A DNA stretch of 64,000 nucleotides from Armatimonadota bacterium (GCA_038207085.1 JBBRAE010000008.1:1-64000); one strand, 5' to 3'; numbered from the stretch's first letter, positions 39,709 through 50,210 are shown. Notes: generated by a model from the sequence alone, not told the origin. Made by a program: numbers and translations.

Positions 39709-41432
39709 AATTTGGGTGAGACGTCTACGGTCTTTTCTCTCTGGTAGGTGACTAACCCCGGTGCTGCTGCCCGGGGTTTTCTCACGTGTTTTCGCAGCGT
39801 ATAATCGACCGGGACCAAGCTCGAGTGCTTGGCGTCGCAGTTCTTGGCGGCGACCATCGCGGCTTCGCGGATCGTTCCCGGCGGGACGGCGTCCGGCCTG
39901 TTGTTCGTGCGTATGACGACGTGCGCGCCGGTGATCTGACGCGCGTGGAGCCATAGGTCATTCGGTTTGGCGACCTTGGTCGTCAGGAAATCGTTGGACG
40001 TGCTGTTTTCGCCGTAAAGTATCTCAAAACCGTCGGATGAGGTCAGCCTGCGGATCTTCGCGCTGCCAAACTCGCTCTCCTCCCGCTTGCCGGGAACCGC
40101 GTGCACCTGCTCGGCTCGAAGGAGGTTCTGCTTGGTCAGGCTAGGTCGAAGCGACTTAACGCCATCGACCGTGGTTGCCCTGGACAGAGTCTCAAGCGCG
40201 GACTGCAGCGTGGCAAGCTCGTCGCGGACGCCGTCGATTCGGTTCACCGCAAGCGCGGAGGCCTCGCGGGTCTTTCGCGCGCGCTGGAACAGACGCTCGG
40301 CGTTTTCTCTTGGAGTCATCTTCTCATCGAGCGGAATCTCGATCTCGGGCATCTCGGGGTCGTAATAATCGATCACCCGCGCGGACTTGTCACCCTTCTC
40401 TATCGTGTGCTGGCTTGCAAGAACGAGCTCGCCGAACTGCTGGAGGCGCTCCGACTTCTTGCCGTCGACGACGGAGGTTTCGAGCCCTTTCAGAGTCTGC
40501 CTGCGGGCTGCGATCGAGCGCTTGATCGCCGTTTCGAGCGAGGCGTACTCGGTGTCGAATGCGTCGCGGCGCGTGAGATCGCGGTAGAGGGTGTCGAGCA
40601 CCTCGTTCATAGAGCTTCGGGGGTGCTGCAGCTTCTCCGGGTGCTGACGCGTGGGCATCGGGTAGGCGTAGATCGACGAACCACGCTCGTTTGTGATGAG
40701 CATCGGGGCAAACTCGCGCGTCCCGACCATCACCCGGATATTTTCAAGCGCGTTCCAGACGGCGTCGGGGGTAGGGGAGCCGGCGCGGAGCATGATCTCC
40801 TCGGCAAGGAACGGCCCAATGCCGCTGAACCCCGCGACGAGGCCGCGTTTGACGTTATCTTCGGTCGCTTCCGTGCCGATACCGTCGCGCCAGAGCGCAT
40901 CATACTCAGCTCTGCTGCAGGAAAGTGGGTCGAGCTTGCTGCCTCCGGGCGGCGGGATATAGTCGCGCCCGGGTAGCACCTGGCGATACCTGCTGACCGC
41001 CGCCGATACGTGCTTGGCCGCGCCGAGGATTTTATCGGTATCTGAGAGCAGTATGAGATTACTGTGCTTGCCCATCAGTTCGAGCACTAGCGTGTTGCGG
41101 TTGCCGTCGGGGGCCTGTGTGTTGATCTTTAGCACCCGGTCGAACCCCGACTGTTCCACCGACCTGATGAATGCGCCGCCCAGGTATTTGCGAAGGAGCA
41201 TGCAGAAGTTGGGAGGCGTCTGCGGCGTCGGTGGCTTTCCCGACGAAAGATGCACGCGCGAAAACCTCGCCGAGACCGACATGAAGAGCAGATAGCTTTC
41301 GTTCCTGCTTCTCACCTCAAAGGTCAGGTCGGAGTCGTCGTGCTGTCGGATATGCTGAATCCGCCCGGTTTCCACAGTTCTTTTAAGCTCCGCGACCACC
41401 GCCGCAAGCACAAGTCCATCGTAGGTCATCAT
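39705..41432 (-). CDS. rqcH: Rqc2/RqcH (NFACT, FbpA-like) ribosome quality control protein
   Basis: PPNFCMLLRKYL, DRVL, ELMGKHSNLIL, WLHARQITGAHV, VDYT..K.VRKP. Confidence 0.93.
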   Translation of the reverse strand: MMTYDGLVLAAVVAELKRTVETGRIQHIRQHDDSDLTFEVRSRNESYLLFMSVSARFSRVHLSSGKPPTPQTPPNFCMLLRKYLGGAFIRSVEQSGFDRVLKINTQAPDGNRNTLVLELMGKHSNLILLSDTDKILGAAKHVSAAVSRYRQVLPGRDYIPPPGGSKLDPLSCSRAEYDALWRDGIGTEATEDNVKRGLVAGFSGIGPFLAEEIMLRAGSPTPDAVWNALENIRVMVGTREFAPMLITNERGSSIYAYPMPTRQHPEKLQHPRSSMNEVLDTLYRDLTRRDAFDTEYASLETAIKRSIAARRQTLKGLETSVVDGKKSERLQQFGELVLASQHTIEKGDKSARVIDYYDPEMPEIEIPLDEKMTPRENAERLFQRARKTREASALAVNRIDGVRDELATLQSALETLSRATTVDGVKSLRPSLTKQNLLRAEQVHAVPGKREESEFGSAKIRRLTSSDGFEILYGENSTSNDFLTTKVAKPNDLWLHARQITGAHVVIRTNNRPDAVPPGTIREAAMVAAKNCDAKHSSLVPVDYTLRKHVRKPRAAAPGLVTYQREKTVDVSPKL

Positions 41433-41570
41433 AGTTCGGACATTTTACCACGTTTGGGGGAAGAGTTGGGAGGTAATCTGCGACTGCCTTCCAAGATGCG
41501 TTCACCCAACGAAACTTGACCTCGTCGTGATCAAATGTTATAGTTTATATATACGTGGAGGTGTGCTCAA

Positions 41571-42320
41571 TTGTCAGGTCATTCAAAGTGGCATAATATC
41601 AGACTTCGCAAAGGAAAACAGGACGCGGAGCGCGGTAAGGTTTTTACCAAACTCGCACGCGAGATCATAGTCGCGGCCAAAGCTGGAGGCGGCAACATCG
41701 ATGCTAACCTCAGGCTTCGCCTGGCTATCGGCAAAGCCCGCGATTCCAGCATGCCAGCGGACAACATCAAGCGAGCAATCCTGCGCGGAACCGGCGAGCT
41801 CGAAGGCGTCAACTACGAAGAGATTACCTATGAAGGTTATGCTCCGGGCGGCGTCGCGGTGCTTGTGCAGTGTCTTACAGATAACCGCAACCGCACCGTC
41901 GCTGAACTGAGAAACGTGTTCGGCAAGGTCGGCGGAAGCCTTGGTGAGACAGGATGCGTCGGCTGGATGTTCGACCAGAAGGGCGTCGTGGAGATTCCCG
42001 CTGAAGGCAACGATGAGGAGTCTATTATGATGACGACTCTCGACGCCGGAGCCGAGGACATCAAAGTCGATGACGAAACCATCGAGATTACGAGCAAACC
42101 CGAAGACCTCAACGCTGTAAGAGAAGCGCTGGAAGCCGCGGGGATCAAGTTCATCTCAGCTGAGGTCGCGATGGTCCCGCAGACCACCGTGTCCGTCAAC
42201 GCGAAGGTAGCATCTCAGATTCTCAGGCTTATGGATCTGCTTGAGGACCTCGACGACACACAGAACGTCTACGCGAACTTCGATATTCCCGATGAAATAA
42301 TGCAGGAAGTGGCCGTCTAA
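41571..42320 (+). CDS. yebC: YebC/PmpR family protein
   Basis: MSGHSKWHNI, YEGYAPGG, TDNRNRT, DLDDTQNVYAN. Confidence 0.97.
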   Translation: MSGHSKWHNIRLRKGKQDAERGKVFTKLAREIIVAAKAGGGNIDANLRLRLAIGKARDSSMPADNIKRAILRGTGELEGVNYEEITYEGYAPGGVAVLVQCLTDNRNRTVAELRNVFGKVGGSLGETGCVGWMFDQKGVVEIPAEGNDEESIMMTTLDAGAEDIKVDDETIEITSKPEDLNAVREALEAAGIKFISAEVAMVPQTTVSVNAKVASQILRLMDLLEDLDDTQNVYANFDIPDEIMQEVAV

Positions 42321-42347
42321 AACTGTCGCTCTGCTTAATATTGGTTC

Positions 42348-42387
42348 AAAGAAGCTGATCGGATTATTTCGGTCAGCTTCTTTTTTT
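42348..42387 (+). terminator. Rho-independent terminator
   Basis: GAAGCTGATCGGA / TTCGGTCAGCTTC plus T7. Confidence 0.8.
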
Positions 42388-42731
42388 GGGGTGTATACCG
42401 CTGTATGCTGCGGTGTGCCGGGCATGGCCTGATGATGGAATGCGGCCAAGTCAAGTTCCCACAGCAGTCTTCGGCGGAGGAAAGTAGCAAAGCGACAAGA
42501 AAAGATGAGTAACCAGCGTTTCCGAAATGTCTACCAGGACGGGTGAAGTCACTTCTGTAAGGCAAACGTGGCATCGTTGGCTATGGCTGCTACAACGATA
42601 GGCCAGGCCCCATCGACGTTGATCTGCCCTCTGCTGCGGGAACTTAGAGGGCGCGAGGATGATCAGTTTGTGGACAGAGGCGTTCACGCAGCTTACACAA
42701 GTCTCCGATGGAATTACTTCTTATCGCGCGC

Positions 42732-43973
42732 CTATTCGGACGCCTTGTCGCTCTTCTTCGTGCCAACAGGAGAGTTGTGGGCAGGGTAGTAGAACGGCCT
42801 TATGTTCCGGACTGCCACGGGGCAGCTTGATATAGATTCACCCGTTCGGATATCGACGGAGTATGCCGCCGGGCTCGACCCTTTGTCTCCCCATATGAAG
42901 GCATAAGGCCCAAGAAGCTCGTAGCCTCGCAGAGTGAAGTCGCTGATTTTTGCCACTAGATTGCGGTCCCCGGTGAACCAGACACGGGCCACTTCAACGA
43001 CGGGTTTGCTGCTGTCCTTCACCTGGTCAATCTCAAGGGTCTCGCTCTTGTTTAGCATAAAAGAGTCTTGGCCGGGGAATGTGTGCACGCCTACAGCTTT
43101 CCATTCCGGCCTGTCGGCTTTTGGAGATGTTTCGTAGGCGAGGGTGCGATCGGCCTTGTTGACCATTATCATCAGCGTTTCCCCGGACCATGCGATCTTG
43201 CTGGGTTGTACTCCTTCGGGCAAAGTCAGAGTCTTGGCTTTTGAGGTGTCCTTGCCCACGAGGCCTATCACGATAGTCCAGTCTGTTCCCAATTCGGGTC
43301 TGACAAATCCTGCCCACTGGTCCTCCGCGCTCGTAAACGCCGCATCGCCGAAATCAAGAGCCCCGTAGAGCAGCTTCTCTTTTCCAGGTTTATCTGCTCT
43401 GACATAAAGAAGCTCATGGGTGGAACGGGATGTTCGCCGTTTTATGATCACCACGCCCTTGTCCTGAGGATAGTAGTCCGACACTTCAGATGCGATACGA
43501 ACGCTATTAGTGCCAAGCAATGAGCACTGACACAGATCGCCGTTGAAGTTCGGGTCGTTCTCAATGGGCTGCAGGTAAAGCATAGAGTAAGACCAGGAAG
43601 AGACTGGTCCGCCGTATCTGAAGGATTTCGCACTGGTTGTGTAGAGGTACTGCGACCCTCGGGCTTCCAGAGTCACCCGCGACCCCGGAGTCTGCACCTG
43701 CGCGTACATCTTGCCGGTCTCCGGCATCCCAAGTGCTGCGCCCGGCCAAGTCGTAGCCTGTTCGTCGACCACTTTGATATCCTTGACCTGCAGCTTAAGT
43801 CTGCCTGCCAGATCCTGTTTGCACTGTGAGATAATGGGAGATTTCGCCTGCGCAATGGTCGAGGCAGGCGCGGCGGCTACTGCCACAGTGCTTCCACCCA
43901 AGGCTGCGAGCACTATCGCGGCAAGGAAACGGTTGCTGTTGCAGTTCTTCATTCTAGTTCTCCTGATGTTCAT
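42732..43973 (-). CDS. Exported hypothetical protein
   Basis: 413-aa ORF with signal peptide; N-terminal domain with W-P-x-x-x-L-G-x-P...Y-x-Q-V-x-T-P-G motif; beta-rich remainder. Confidence 0.75.
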   Translation of the reverse strand: MNIRRTRMKNCNSNRFLAAIVLAALGGSTVAVAAAPASTIAQAKSPIISQCKQDLAGRLKLQVKDIKVVDEQATTWPGAALGMPETGKMYAQVQTPGSRVTLEARGSQYLYTTSAKSFRYGGPVSSWSYSMLYLQPIENDPNFNGDLCQCSLLGTNSVRIASEVSDYYPQDKGVVIIKRRTSRSTHELLYVRADKPGKEKLLYGALDFGDAAFTSAEDQWAGFVRPELGTDWTIVIGLVGKDTSKAKTLTLPEGVQPSKIAWSGETLMIMVNKADRTLAYETSPKADRPEWKAVGVHTFPGQDSFMLNKSETLEIDQVKDSSKPVVEVARVWFTGDRNLVAKISDFTLRGYELLGPYAFIWGDKGSSPAAYSVDIRTGESISSCPVAVRNIRPFYYPAHNSPVGTKKSDKASE

Positions 43974-43978
43974 TATGG

Positions 43979-44059
43979 CTAACTGGCATTATTCACGAGA
44001 AGCGTGAATAATGTTCTCTTAGCAAGAGCTTTATTCGCTTCACGAATAAAGCGGGCTAA
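43979..44059 (-). repeat. 81-nt double-hairpin palindromic repeat (inverted copy of 30668-30748)
   Basis: Same two hairpins in reverse order; CTAA ends. Confidence 0.88.
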
Positions 44060-44676
44060 CTGGCTCATCAATTATACCAGATCGCCTGATTGCTACATTG
44101 GTTTAGACCCCTGTAACAGTAAAGCCTTCAATAAATCGAGCAAACATACAGAAAAAACAATGGGTAGTAGATTTCGACGAGGACGAACGCGAACTGTGTG
44201 AGGTCGTGATAGAGAGGCAGTAACAGCCTTCCGTGACTGCATCGAAGACTGTTGGAGCCAAGCTGGCTTTGCCGCGCTCACTCCTCCGCCAATCATCTCG
44301 TAGAGCAGCTCATCGCCGTGCCCCACATCCTCCGAATATCCCCCCGCACCCTTGCCGGTTTTCTCCCCAAACACTCCCGTGGCACGCAATGTGCATCTAA
44401 AGCCTATTGCAGGAGCGGTAGTTGAGTTCACCCTGCGTCGTTTACAGGGACAAGGAACTCTTTCGTTGCTGCAAAGTTGACCGTCTGCGCTCTTGCGCCG
44501 CCGTTCGCCGATGATTTTGCCATCTGATCACGGGTCTCATTCCCCGCTGGGTCCGGTTGCTCGTCTCTCTCACTCCGGACCCGGCCCGCCTCTCGCCAAC
44601 TCCCTGGTTTGTCTGCTATAATCTCCCGTTGGGTACATTCGTTTGCACAGCCCAATTCCCATGATGGAAGGTAGAC

Positions 44677-46206
44677 ATGAACAGCAGAACATCACTCCAA
44701 AAGCATAAGAACGGCCACCGTCTCCTGATCGACGGTCAGCCTACGATACTCCTCTCCGGCGAACTCCACAACTCGAGCGCCGCCGCGATGGTCGACGTTC
44801 GGGATAAGTTTGCTAAGCTTTCGGATTTAAACTTAAACTCCGTTATACTTTCGATTAGTTGGGAGTTAGTCGAGCCTGTAGAGGGCGGGTTCGACTTTTC
44901 CCTGATCGACGGCATCATAGAGGAGGCAAGGCTTCGCCGATTGAGACTTGTTTTCCTATGGTTTGGCACGATGAAGAACGCGATCTCCTGCTACGTCCCT
45001 GAGTGGGTGAAGACCGACACTACACGCTTCTTCCGAGCCGAGGGCACGCCGGGGCAGGGGAGCTGGACCGTTTCGCCGTTCTGTCGCGAGGCGATGGAGT
45101 GCGACGCCCGCGCCTTTGCCGCCGTAATGCGCCATATCCGAGAGTATGACTCCGAGCACGGCACGGTAATTATGATGCAGGTCGAGAACGAGTCCGGTAT
45201 CCTGCGTGCTACCCGCGACTTTTCACCCGCTGGCGAAGCTGCGTTCCATTCCCAGGCGCCAACAGATCTGACCGATTATCTGTCGACTCACTCTGATGAT
45301 CTTATTCCCGAGTTTGCCGACATCTGGAAGGCGATGGGTTCGCGCACCGAAGGCACATGGTCCGAGGTTTTCGGTCGCGACGCCGATGAGGTCTTCATGG
45401 GCTGGTACATCGCAAGTTTCATCGAGCACGTCACTGCCGCCGGTCGCGCCGAGTATGATATCCCGATGTTCGCCAACGCCTGGCTGATCGCTGGCCCTGG
45501 GTATCTTCCGGGCCAGTATCCAAGCGGCGGCCCGGTATCGAAGTTGATGGACGTCTGGCGCGCCGCCGCCCCAAGCATCGACTTCATCGCACCCGACATC
45601 TATTCTCCCGAGTTCAGAGAGCACTGCGCCTCCTACACCCAAAGTGGCAACCCGCTCTTCATTCCAGAGGCCCAGAACGGCCCACTCGCCGCCGCGAACG
45701 CGCTCTATGCCATCGGTCGGCATGATGCTATCTGCTTCTCACCGTTCGCGATCGACGACATCGCCACGGATCACCCCCTGGGTGAGACCTACCGGATGCT
45801 TACTGAGATGATGCCCCTAGTCGCCGGCGCATACGGCGAAAGCCAACTAACGGGGTTCGTCCAGCAGTCTGATGAGGAGCGCTTCAGCGAAGGGCTCGCA
45901 GGCTATCGATTCAACGCCCGGACCAACAAACCCCTAGCCGAGGTCACCGTCCCCGGAAGCTGTCTGATCCTATCAATAGGAAACGACGAGTTCTTCTGCA
46001 TCGGCTACAACCTGACAATCACCTTCGACTCGCTCGACCAGAGCAAGAACACCGCCGCAATCGTCTGGCTCGATGAAGGCGAGTTCAAGGACGCCAATTG
46101 GCACCCCATTCGCAGGCTAAACGGCGACGAAACCTTCCACGGCACAGGAGTCCAGCTAACAGACAAGCTCACTGTCTGCAAGTTCAAGCTCCACGCGCAT
46201 AAGTAG
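44677..46206 (+). CDS. GH35-like beta-galactosidase/DUF5597 protein
   Basis: LSGELHNSS, WELVEP.EG.FDF, MMQVENE, YPSGGP, APDIY, NPLFIPE and RRLNGDET motifs. Confidence 0.88.
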   Translation: MNSRTSLQKHKNGHRLLIDGQPTILLSGELHNSSAAAMVDVRDKFAKLSDLNLNSVILSISWELVEPVEGGFDFSLIDGIIEEARLRRLRLVFLWFGTMKNAISCYVPEWVKTDTTRFFRAEGTPGQGSWTVSPFCREAMECDARAFAAVMRHIREYDSEHGTVIMMQVENESGILRATRDFSPAGEAAFHSQAPTDLTDYLSTHSDDLIPEFADIWKAMGSRTEGTWSEVFGRDADEVFMGWYIASFIEHVTAAGRAEYDIPMFANAWLIAGPGYLPGQYPSGGPVSKLMDVWRAAAPSIDFIAPDIYSPEFREHCASYTQSGNPLFIPEAQNGPLAAANALYAIGRHDAICFSPFAIDDIATDHPLGETYRMLTEMMPLVAGAYGESQLTGFVQQSDEERFSEGLAGYRFNARTNKPLAEVTVPGSCLILSIGNDEFFCIGYNLTITFDSLDQSKNTAAIVWLDEGEFKDANWHPIRRLNGDETFHGTGVQLTDKLTVCKFKLHAHK

Positions 46207-46469
46207 ATTCTAAGAATGATGGCCGGAGAGATTCCTCCCCGGCCCCGCTATCCAGGGCATCTGCCCTACCACCCAACACAATACCAATCCCCTTTCTTGA
46301 CTAAATGGTCCAATATGCTCTATCGTATTTCAGGTACGTTTCTGCTAAATTTCCTGCATGTTACGTGCGGCTCAGTGAGTGTGAGCAGAGTCGCACGTTA
46401 TCCAGTTTCCATGACCAAGCCAAGTGCGGATTATTCTGCACCCATATCACTGTCTGGAAAGGATCAACT

Positions 46470-47690
46470 GTGTTAAAAAAGAGCTTTGGGCTGATCGTGG
46501 CGAGCCTTGCCTTCTCGCTTTTGGGGCTGAGTATTGCCTGGGCCGGTGAGGCCGGATCGAGCGCCCTCAGCAGCAACCTGAGACAGGTGGAGCAGTACAA
46601 CTTCTCCATCCATATCCTGGCGATGCTGCTTGTCGGCTTCGGCTTCTTGATGGTATTTGTCAGGAACTATGGTTACAGCGCCACGGCCGGCACATATATG
46701 GTAGTCGGTGTTGGCCTTCCACTCTATATGCTGCTCCGGTCCACTGGAGTCATCAGCGCGGAGGCGGTGACTGCTGATTCGATCAAGGCTCTGCTTCTGG
46801 CCGAGTTCGCGTGTGCGGCTGCCTTGATCGCTATGGGAGCCGTTCTCGGTCGGCTCCGTATCTACCAGTATGCCATTTTGGCAGCTCTGGTTGTTCCGAT
46901 GTATATGTTAAACGAGTGGCTGGTGCTCGACGGCGGTCTGGGAGTCACCAAAGGCTTCGTAGATTCCGCCGGTTCAATCGTCATACACGCATTTGGCGCG
47001 TACTTCGGTTTGGGCCTGACCATCGCATTGACGAGCCGCCTTCACCGTGAGCTGATTGTTGAGAGCGACCCCACGTCCGACCGTTTCTCCATGCTCGGGT
47101 CTATGGTGCTGTGGATGTTCTGGCCGAGCTTCTGCTGCGCGGTGGTTCCTTCTGAGCAAATGCCGCACACCGCAGTAAACACTATATTGGCTCTGTGCGG
47201 AGCGACGGTTATCACATATATAATGAGCAGCCTACTTCGCAAGGGACAGCCTTCCATCGCCGATATGGCCAATGCCGCTCTTGCGGGCGGTGTAGCCATC
47301 GGGGCTACGTGCAACCTGGTGTCAGCTCCGGGCGCATTTGGAATCGGGTTGTTGGCGGGTGCGATATGCGTAATAGGATACGTCTTCGTCCAGCCGAGGC
47401 TTCAGGCTCTGCTTAAGGGAGTAGATACCTGTGGTGTGCACAACCTCCACGGAATGCCTGGTCTGCTTGGTGGGATAGCCGCGATATTCGTGGTTCCGGG
47501 AATCATGCGAGCCCAGGTGACGGGTATTGCCGTTACTGTAGCCATCGCTTTCATCAGTGGGCTTGTAGGCGGCTATATTATCAAAGCCACCGGTTCGAAG
47601 AAGTCCGCCTATGAGGACAGCGACGAGTTCGGCTGCGAGATTCTGGTTCCGTCCGAAATCGTGACCAGCGCATCGCCTAAGCTTCGCTAG
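46470..47690 (+). CDS. Rh50-type (Rhesus) ammonium/gas channel, Amt/Mep/Rh superfamily
   Basis: HILAMLLVGFGFLM, DSAGSIVIHAFGAYFGL, LWMFWPSF, NAALAGGVAIG, DTCGVHNLHGMPG; GTG 46470 follows AAAGGA. Confidence 0.9.
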   Translation: MLKKSFGLIVASLAFSLLGLSIAWAGEAGSSALSSNLRQVEQYNFSIHILAMLLVGFGFLMVFVRNYGYSATAGTYMVVGVGLPLYMLLRSTGVISAEAVTADSIKALLLAEFACAAALIAMGAVLGRLRIYQYAILAALVVPMYMLNEWLVLDGGLGVTKGFVDSAGSIVIHAFGAYFGLGLTIALTSRLHRELIVESDPTSDRFSMLGSMVLWMFWPSFCCAVVPSEQMPHTAVNTILALCGATVITYIMSSLLRKGQPSIADMANAALAGGVAIGATCNLVSAPGAFGIGLLAGAICVIGYVFVQPRLQALLKGVDTCGVHNLHGMPGLLGGIAAIFVVPGIMRAQVTGIAVTVAIAFISGLVGGYIIKATGSKKSAYEDSDEFGCEILVPSEIVTSASPKLR

Positions 47691-47727
47691 TCCGCTATAT
47701 TCGTGAAGCGAATAAAGCTCTCGCTAG
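47687..47727 (+). repeat. Single-hairpin member of the palindromic repeat family, overlapping the Rh50 stop
   Basis: CTAGTCCGCTATATTCGTGAAGCGAATAAAGCTCTCGCTAG. Confidence 0.8.
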
Positions 47728-47893
47728 GCGGCATCGATCCAGGCTTGTCCGGGAGGCGATATCCTCATCGCCTCCCGGTCCAACTTCACTACGAAACTCA
47801 AAGCCAATATTGACTAAAGAGCCGGGCATGCTCTATTGTGGTTCTGAGTGATTGCAGCAATACGTGTGTTAGGATAACAAGCGAGGGTAGTGA

Positions 47894-49114
47894 ATGAATA
47901 AGTATGATGTCGCGATAATCGGGGCCGGTCCTGCCGGGATGACGGCAGCCATCACCGCTTCAGGCAATGGAAAGCGCGTCGCCCTGATCGATAGAAATCC
48001 TCAGCTTGGCAGAAAGCTCCTGGCGACCGGCAACGGACGCTGCAATCTGACCAACCAATACGTTACCCTCGACCGATATCACGACGCCAACCCAGAGTTC
48101 ATAGAAACCGTGCTTACCGGCTTCGATCAACGCGCAACATTGGAGTTCTTCCAAGACCTGGGGCTTGTCGTGAAAGAGGAGTCCAACGGCAGAATATTCC
48201 CCCGGACTAACCAGGCATCAAGCGTCGTCGAAGTCCTCAGGCAGCGACTTGCCCGAAACAACGTCGACGTTCTGCTCGATACGCAGGTTGTAGGAATCGC
48301 CAAATCATCTTTTTGGAACATATCCCTAAACAGCGAAAGAACGATCCAATCTGCCAAATTGATCATAGCAGCCGGGGGAAGAGCCGCTCACCATTTTGGC
48401 TCCACCGGTGACGGGCTTTACTGGGCTACCAAGCTTGGGCACTCCCTAACCCCAATTCATGCTGCTCTGGTCCCTATTGAGATCGTTGAGCAGTGGCCGA
48501 AGCGTGTTCAGGGAATCAAGGTTGAAGCCGGAGCCTGGGCAACGAGCGGCGGCGAGAGAATCTGTGAAAGCGCCGGGGACGTTCTTTTTACAAGTTACGG
48601 AGTCTCGGGCCCTGCCGTTATGGCGCTTGCCCGAATTATCGCTCCTCTGCTTAAGACATCCCGCGTGCAGATCCACATCGATCTGTTTCCTGATATGACG
48701 GACGAACAGTTGGATCAGATATTACTGCGCATTATTGCCAGTGATGACAAGAAGACGCTCAAAGCTGCTTTGGTCGGCCTATTGCCAAGCGGCCTGATCC
48801 CCGTTATCATCAGTCTTGCCGGGCTTGCTGAAGCCGATCGAGTTGCTGCAATCCCGATGAGCAATCGGCTGGACGTCGTAAAGACTCTAAAGGACCTGAC
48901 TCTCACCGTCTCAAAGTTACGACCACTGAAAGAGGCCCAAGTCACAGCAGGCGGCATAAACAGCGACGAGGTAGACCCTCGTTCTTTGCAGTCAAAGCTC
49001 GTAAAGGGCCTATACTTTGCCGGTGAGGTGTTGGATGTTGACGGCGATTCCGGTGGGTTCAACCTGCAGTGGGCTTGGTCCAGCGGCTATGTCGCGGGCC
49101 TGACCGCTGATTAG
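47894..49114 (+). CDS. HI0933/BaiN-family flavoprotein
   Basis: IIGAGPAGM, GRKLLATGNGRCNLTN, GSTGDG, AQVTAGG, GEVLDVDG.SGGFNLQWAWSSG. Confidence 0.94.
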   Translation: MNKYDVAIIGAGPAGMTAAITASGNGKRVALIDRNPQLGRKLLATGNGRCNLTNQYVTLDRYHDANPEFIETVLTGFDQRATLEFFQDLGLVVKEESNGRIFPRTNQASSVVEVLRQRLARNNVDVLLDTQVVGIAKSSFWNISLNSERTIQSAKLIIAAGGRAAHHFGSTGDGLYWATKLGHSLTPIHAALVPIEIVEQWPKRVQGIKVEAGAWATSGGERICESAGDVLFTSYGVSGPAVMALARIIAPLLKTSRVQIHIDLFPDMTDEQLDQILLRIIASDDKKTLKAALVGLLPSGLIPVIISLAGLAEADRVAAIPMSNRLDVVKTLKDLTLTVSKLRPLKEAQVTAGGINSDEVDPRSLQSKLVKGLYFAGEVLDVDGDSGGFNLQWAWSSGYVAGLTAD

Positions 49115-49177
49115 CCCGCCCCTTGATTTGTCCAAACACAAGGACATTTCGCCTCCGGCGTCTAAGTATTAACTGAT

Positions 49178-49957
49178 ATGACAACACAGAATACAACCAA
49201 GAAGACATATCTACTGGACATGGACGGCGTGCTCGTCCGCGGTCGCAAGCCAATCCCCGGCGCGCAGGAGTTCATCGCGCGCCTGACCTCAAACGGCAAT
49301 CCGTTTCTGGTCTTGACGAACAACCCGATGTATACTCAGCGCGATCTCCAGCACCGCCTGCAGTCCGAGGGCTTGAACGTCTCCGCCGACCACCTCTTCA
49401 CTTCGGCGATGGCGACCGCGAAGTTCCTGCACACCCAGCGGCCCGACGGCACCGCGTTTGTAATCGGCGAAACCGGCCTCACGCAGGCGCTGCACGAGAT
49501 CGGCTACGTGCTCACAAGCCGGGACCCCGACTACGTTGTCCTCGGTGAGACGACTTTCTACAATTTCGAGCTGATCAGCAAAGCGATCCAACTAGTAGCC
49601 GCTGGTGCAAGTTTCATCGCGACCAATCCCGACCCGACCGGCCCAAGCGAGCGAGGAATCCTTCCCGCGTGCGGCGCGATGGCAGCCTTGATCGCCAAAG
49701 CGACGGGTGTCGCCCCATATTTCGTCGGCAAACCCAACCCTCTTATGATGCGAAGTGCGCTTCGATACCTCGGCGCTCACTCTGAGATGACCGTTATGGT
49801 CGGCGACCGTATGGACACCGACGTCGTAGCTGGAATGGAAAGCGGCCTTGAGACGATACTCGTTCTCTCGGGTGTAACGACCGCTGAGGAAGTAAGCCGC
49901 TACCCGTATCTGCCGACGCGAGTGCTGGGTTCCGTCGCCGAGATCGAGATAGAGTAG
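49178..49957 (+). CDS. nagD: HAD-IIA phosphatase (NagD-like)
   Basis: DMDGVL, LTNN, ATNPD, GKPNP and MVGDRMDTD motifs. Confidence 0.9.
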   Translation: MTTQNTTKKTYLLDMDGVLVRGRKPIPGAQEFIARLTSNGNPFLVLTNNPMYTQRDLQHRLQSEGLNVSADHLFTSAMATAKFLHTQRPDGTAFVIGETGLTQALHEIGYVLTSRDPDYVVLGETTFYNFELISKAIQLVAAGASFIATNPDPTGPSERGILPACGAMAALIAKATGVAPYFVGKPNPLMMRSALRYLGAHSEMTVMVGDRMDTDVVAGMESGLETILVLSGVTTAEEVSRYPYLPTRVLGSVAEIEIE

Positions 49958-49967
49958 GGGATGTGAG

Positions 49968-50168
49968 ATGTCGATCGCCCCGTCCCCCGGAGACATCGCC
50001 CGAATGCGCAAGGCTCACCCCTGCGGCGGCTTTGAGTGGGAAATAACCGGCGCAGGCGCCGACATCCGAATGAAATGCCTGACCTGTGGCCGCCGAGTGA
50101 CCCTGGACCGCGAAACATTCGCCCGCCGCGCACAATCTACAAGAAAACCCAAAGAACCAAGCTCATAA
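49968..50168 (+). CDS. DUF951-family small zinc-ribbon protein
   Basis: GDIARMRKAHPCGG.EWEI...GADIRMKC..CGR. Confidence 0.85.
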   Translation: MSIAPSPGDIARMRKAHPCGGFEWEITGAGADIRMKCLTCGRRVTLDRETFARRAQSTRKPKEPSS

Positions 50169-50170
50169 TA

Positions 50171-50199
50171 TTGACGTTTCTCTGCAACTAAGCTATAAT
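50171..50199 (+). promoter_or_regulatory. Sigma70 promoter of tRNA-Pro
   Basis: TTGACG-N17-TATAAT, 11 nt before the tRNA. Confidence 0.8.
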
Positions 50200-50210
50200 A
50201 AAGTCGCTGT

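Noticed and set aside
42506..42789. Possible TGA-readthrough or selenoprotein ORF (MSNQRFRNVYQDG-TGA-SHFC..)
   Set aside because: No recognisable family or SECIS; the downstream frame is not convincing.
44285..44345. Minus-strand GGYSEDVGHGDELLYEMIGG resembling an SRA/YDG motif
   Set aside because: Short match with no supporting flanking sequence; may be chance.
30668..47727. Palindromic repeats as a CRISPR array
   Set aside because: Dispersed over kilobases in both orientations, with no regular spacers and no cas genes.
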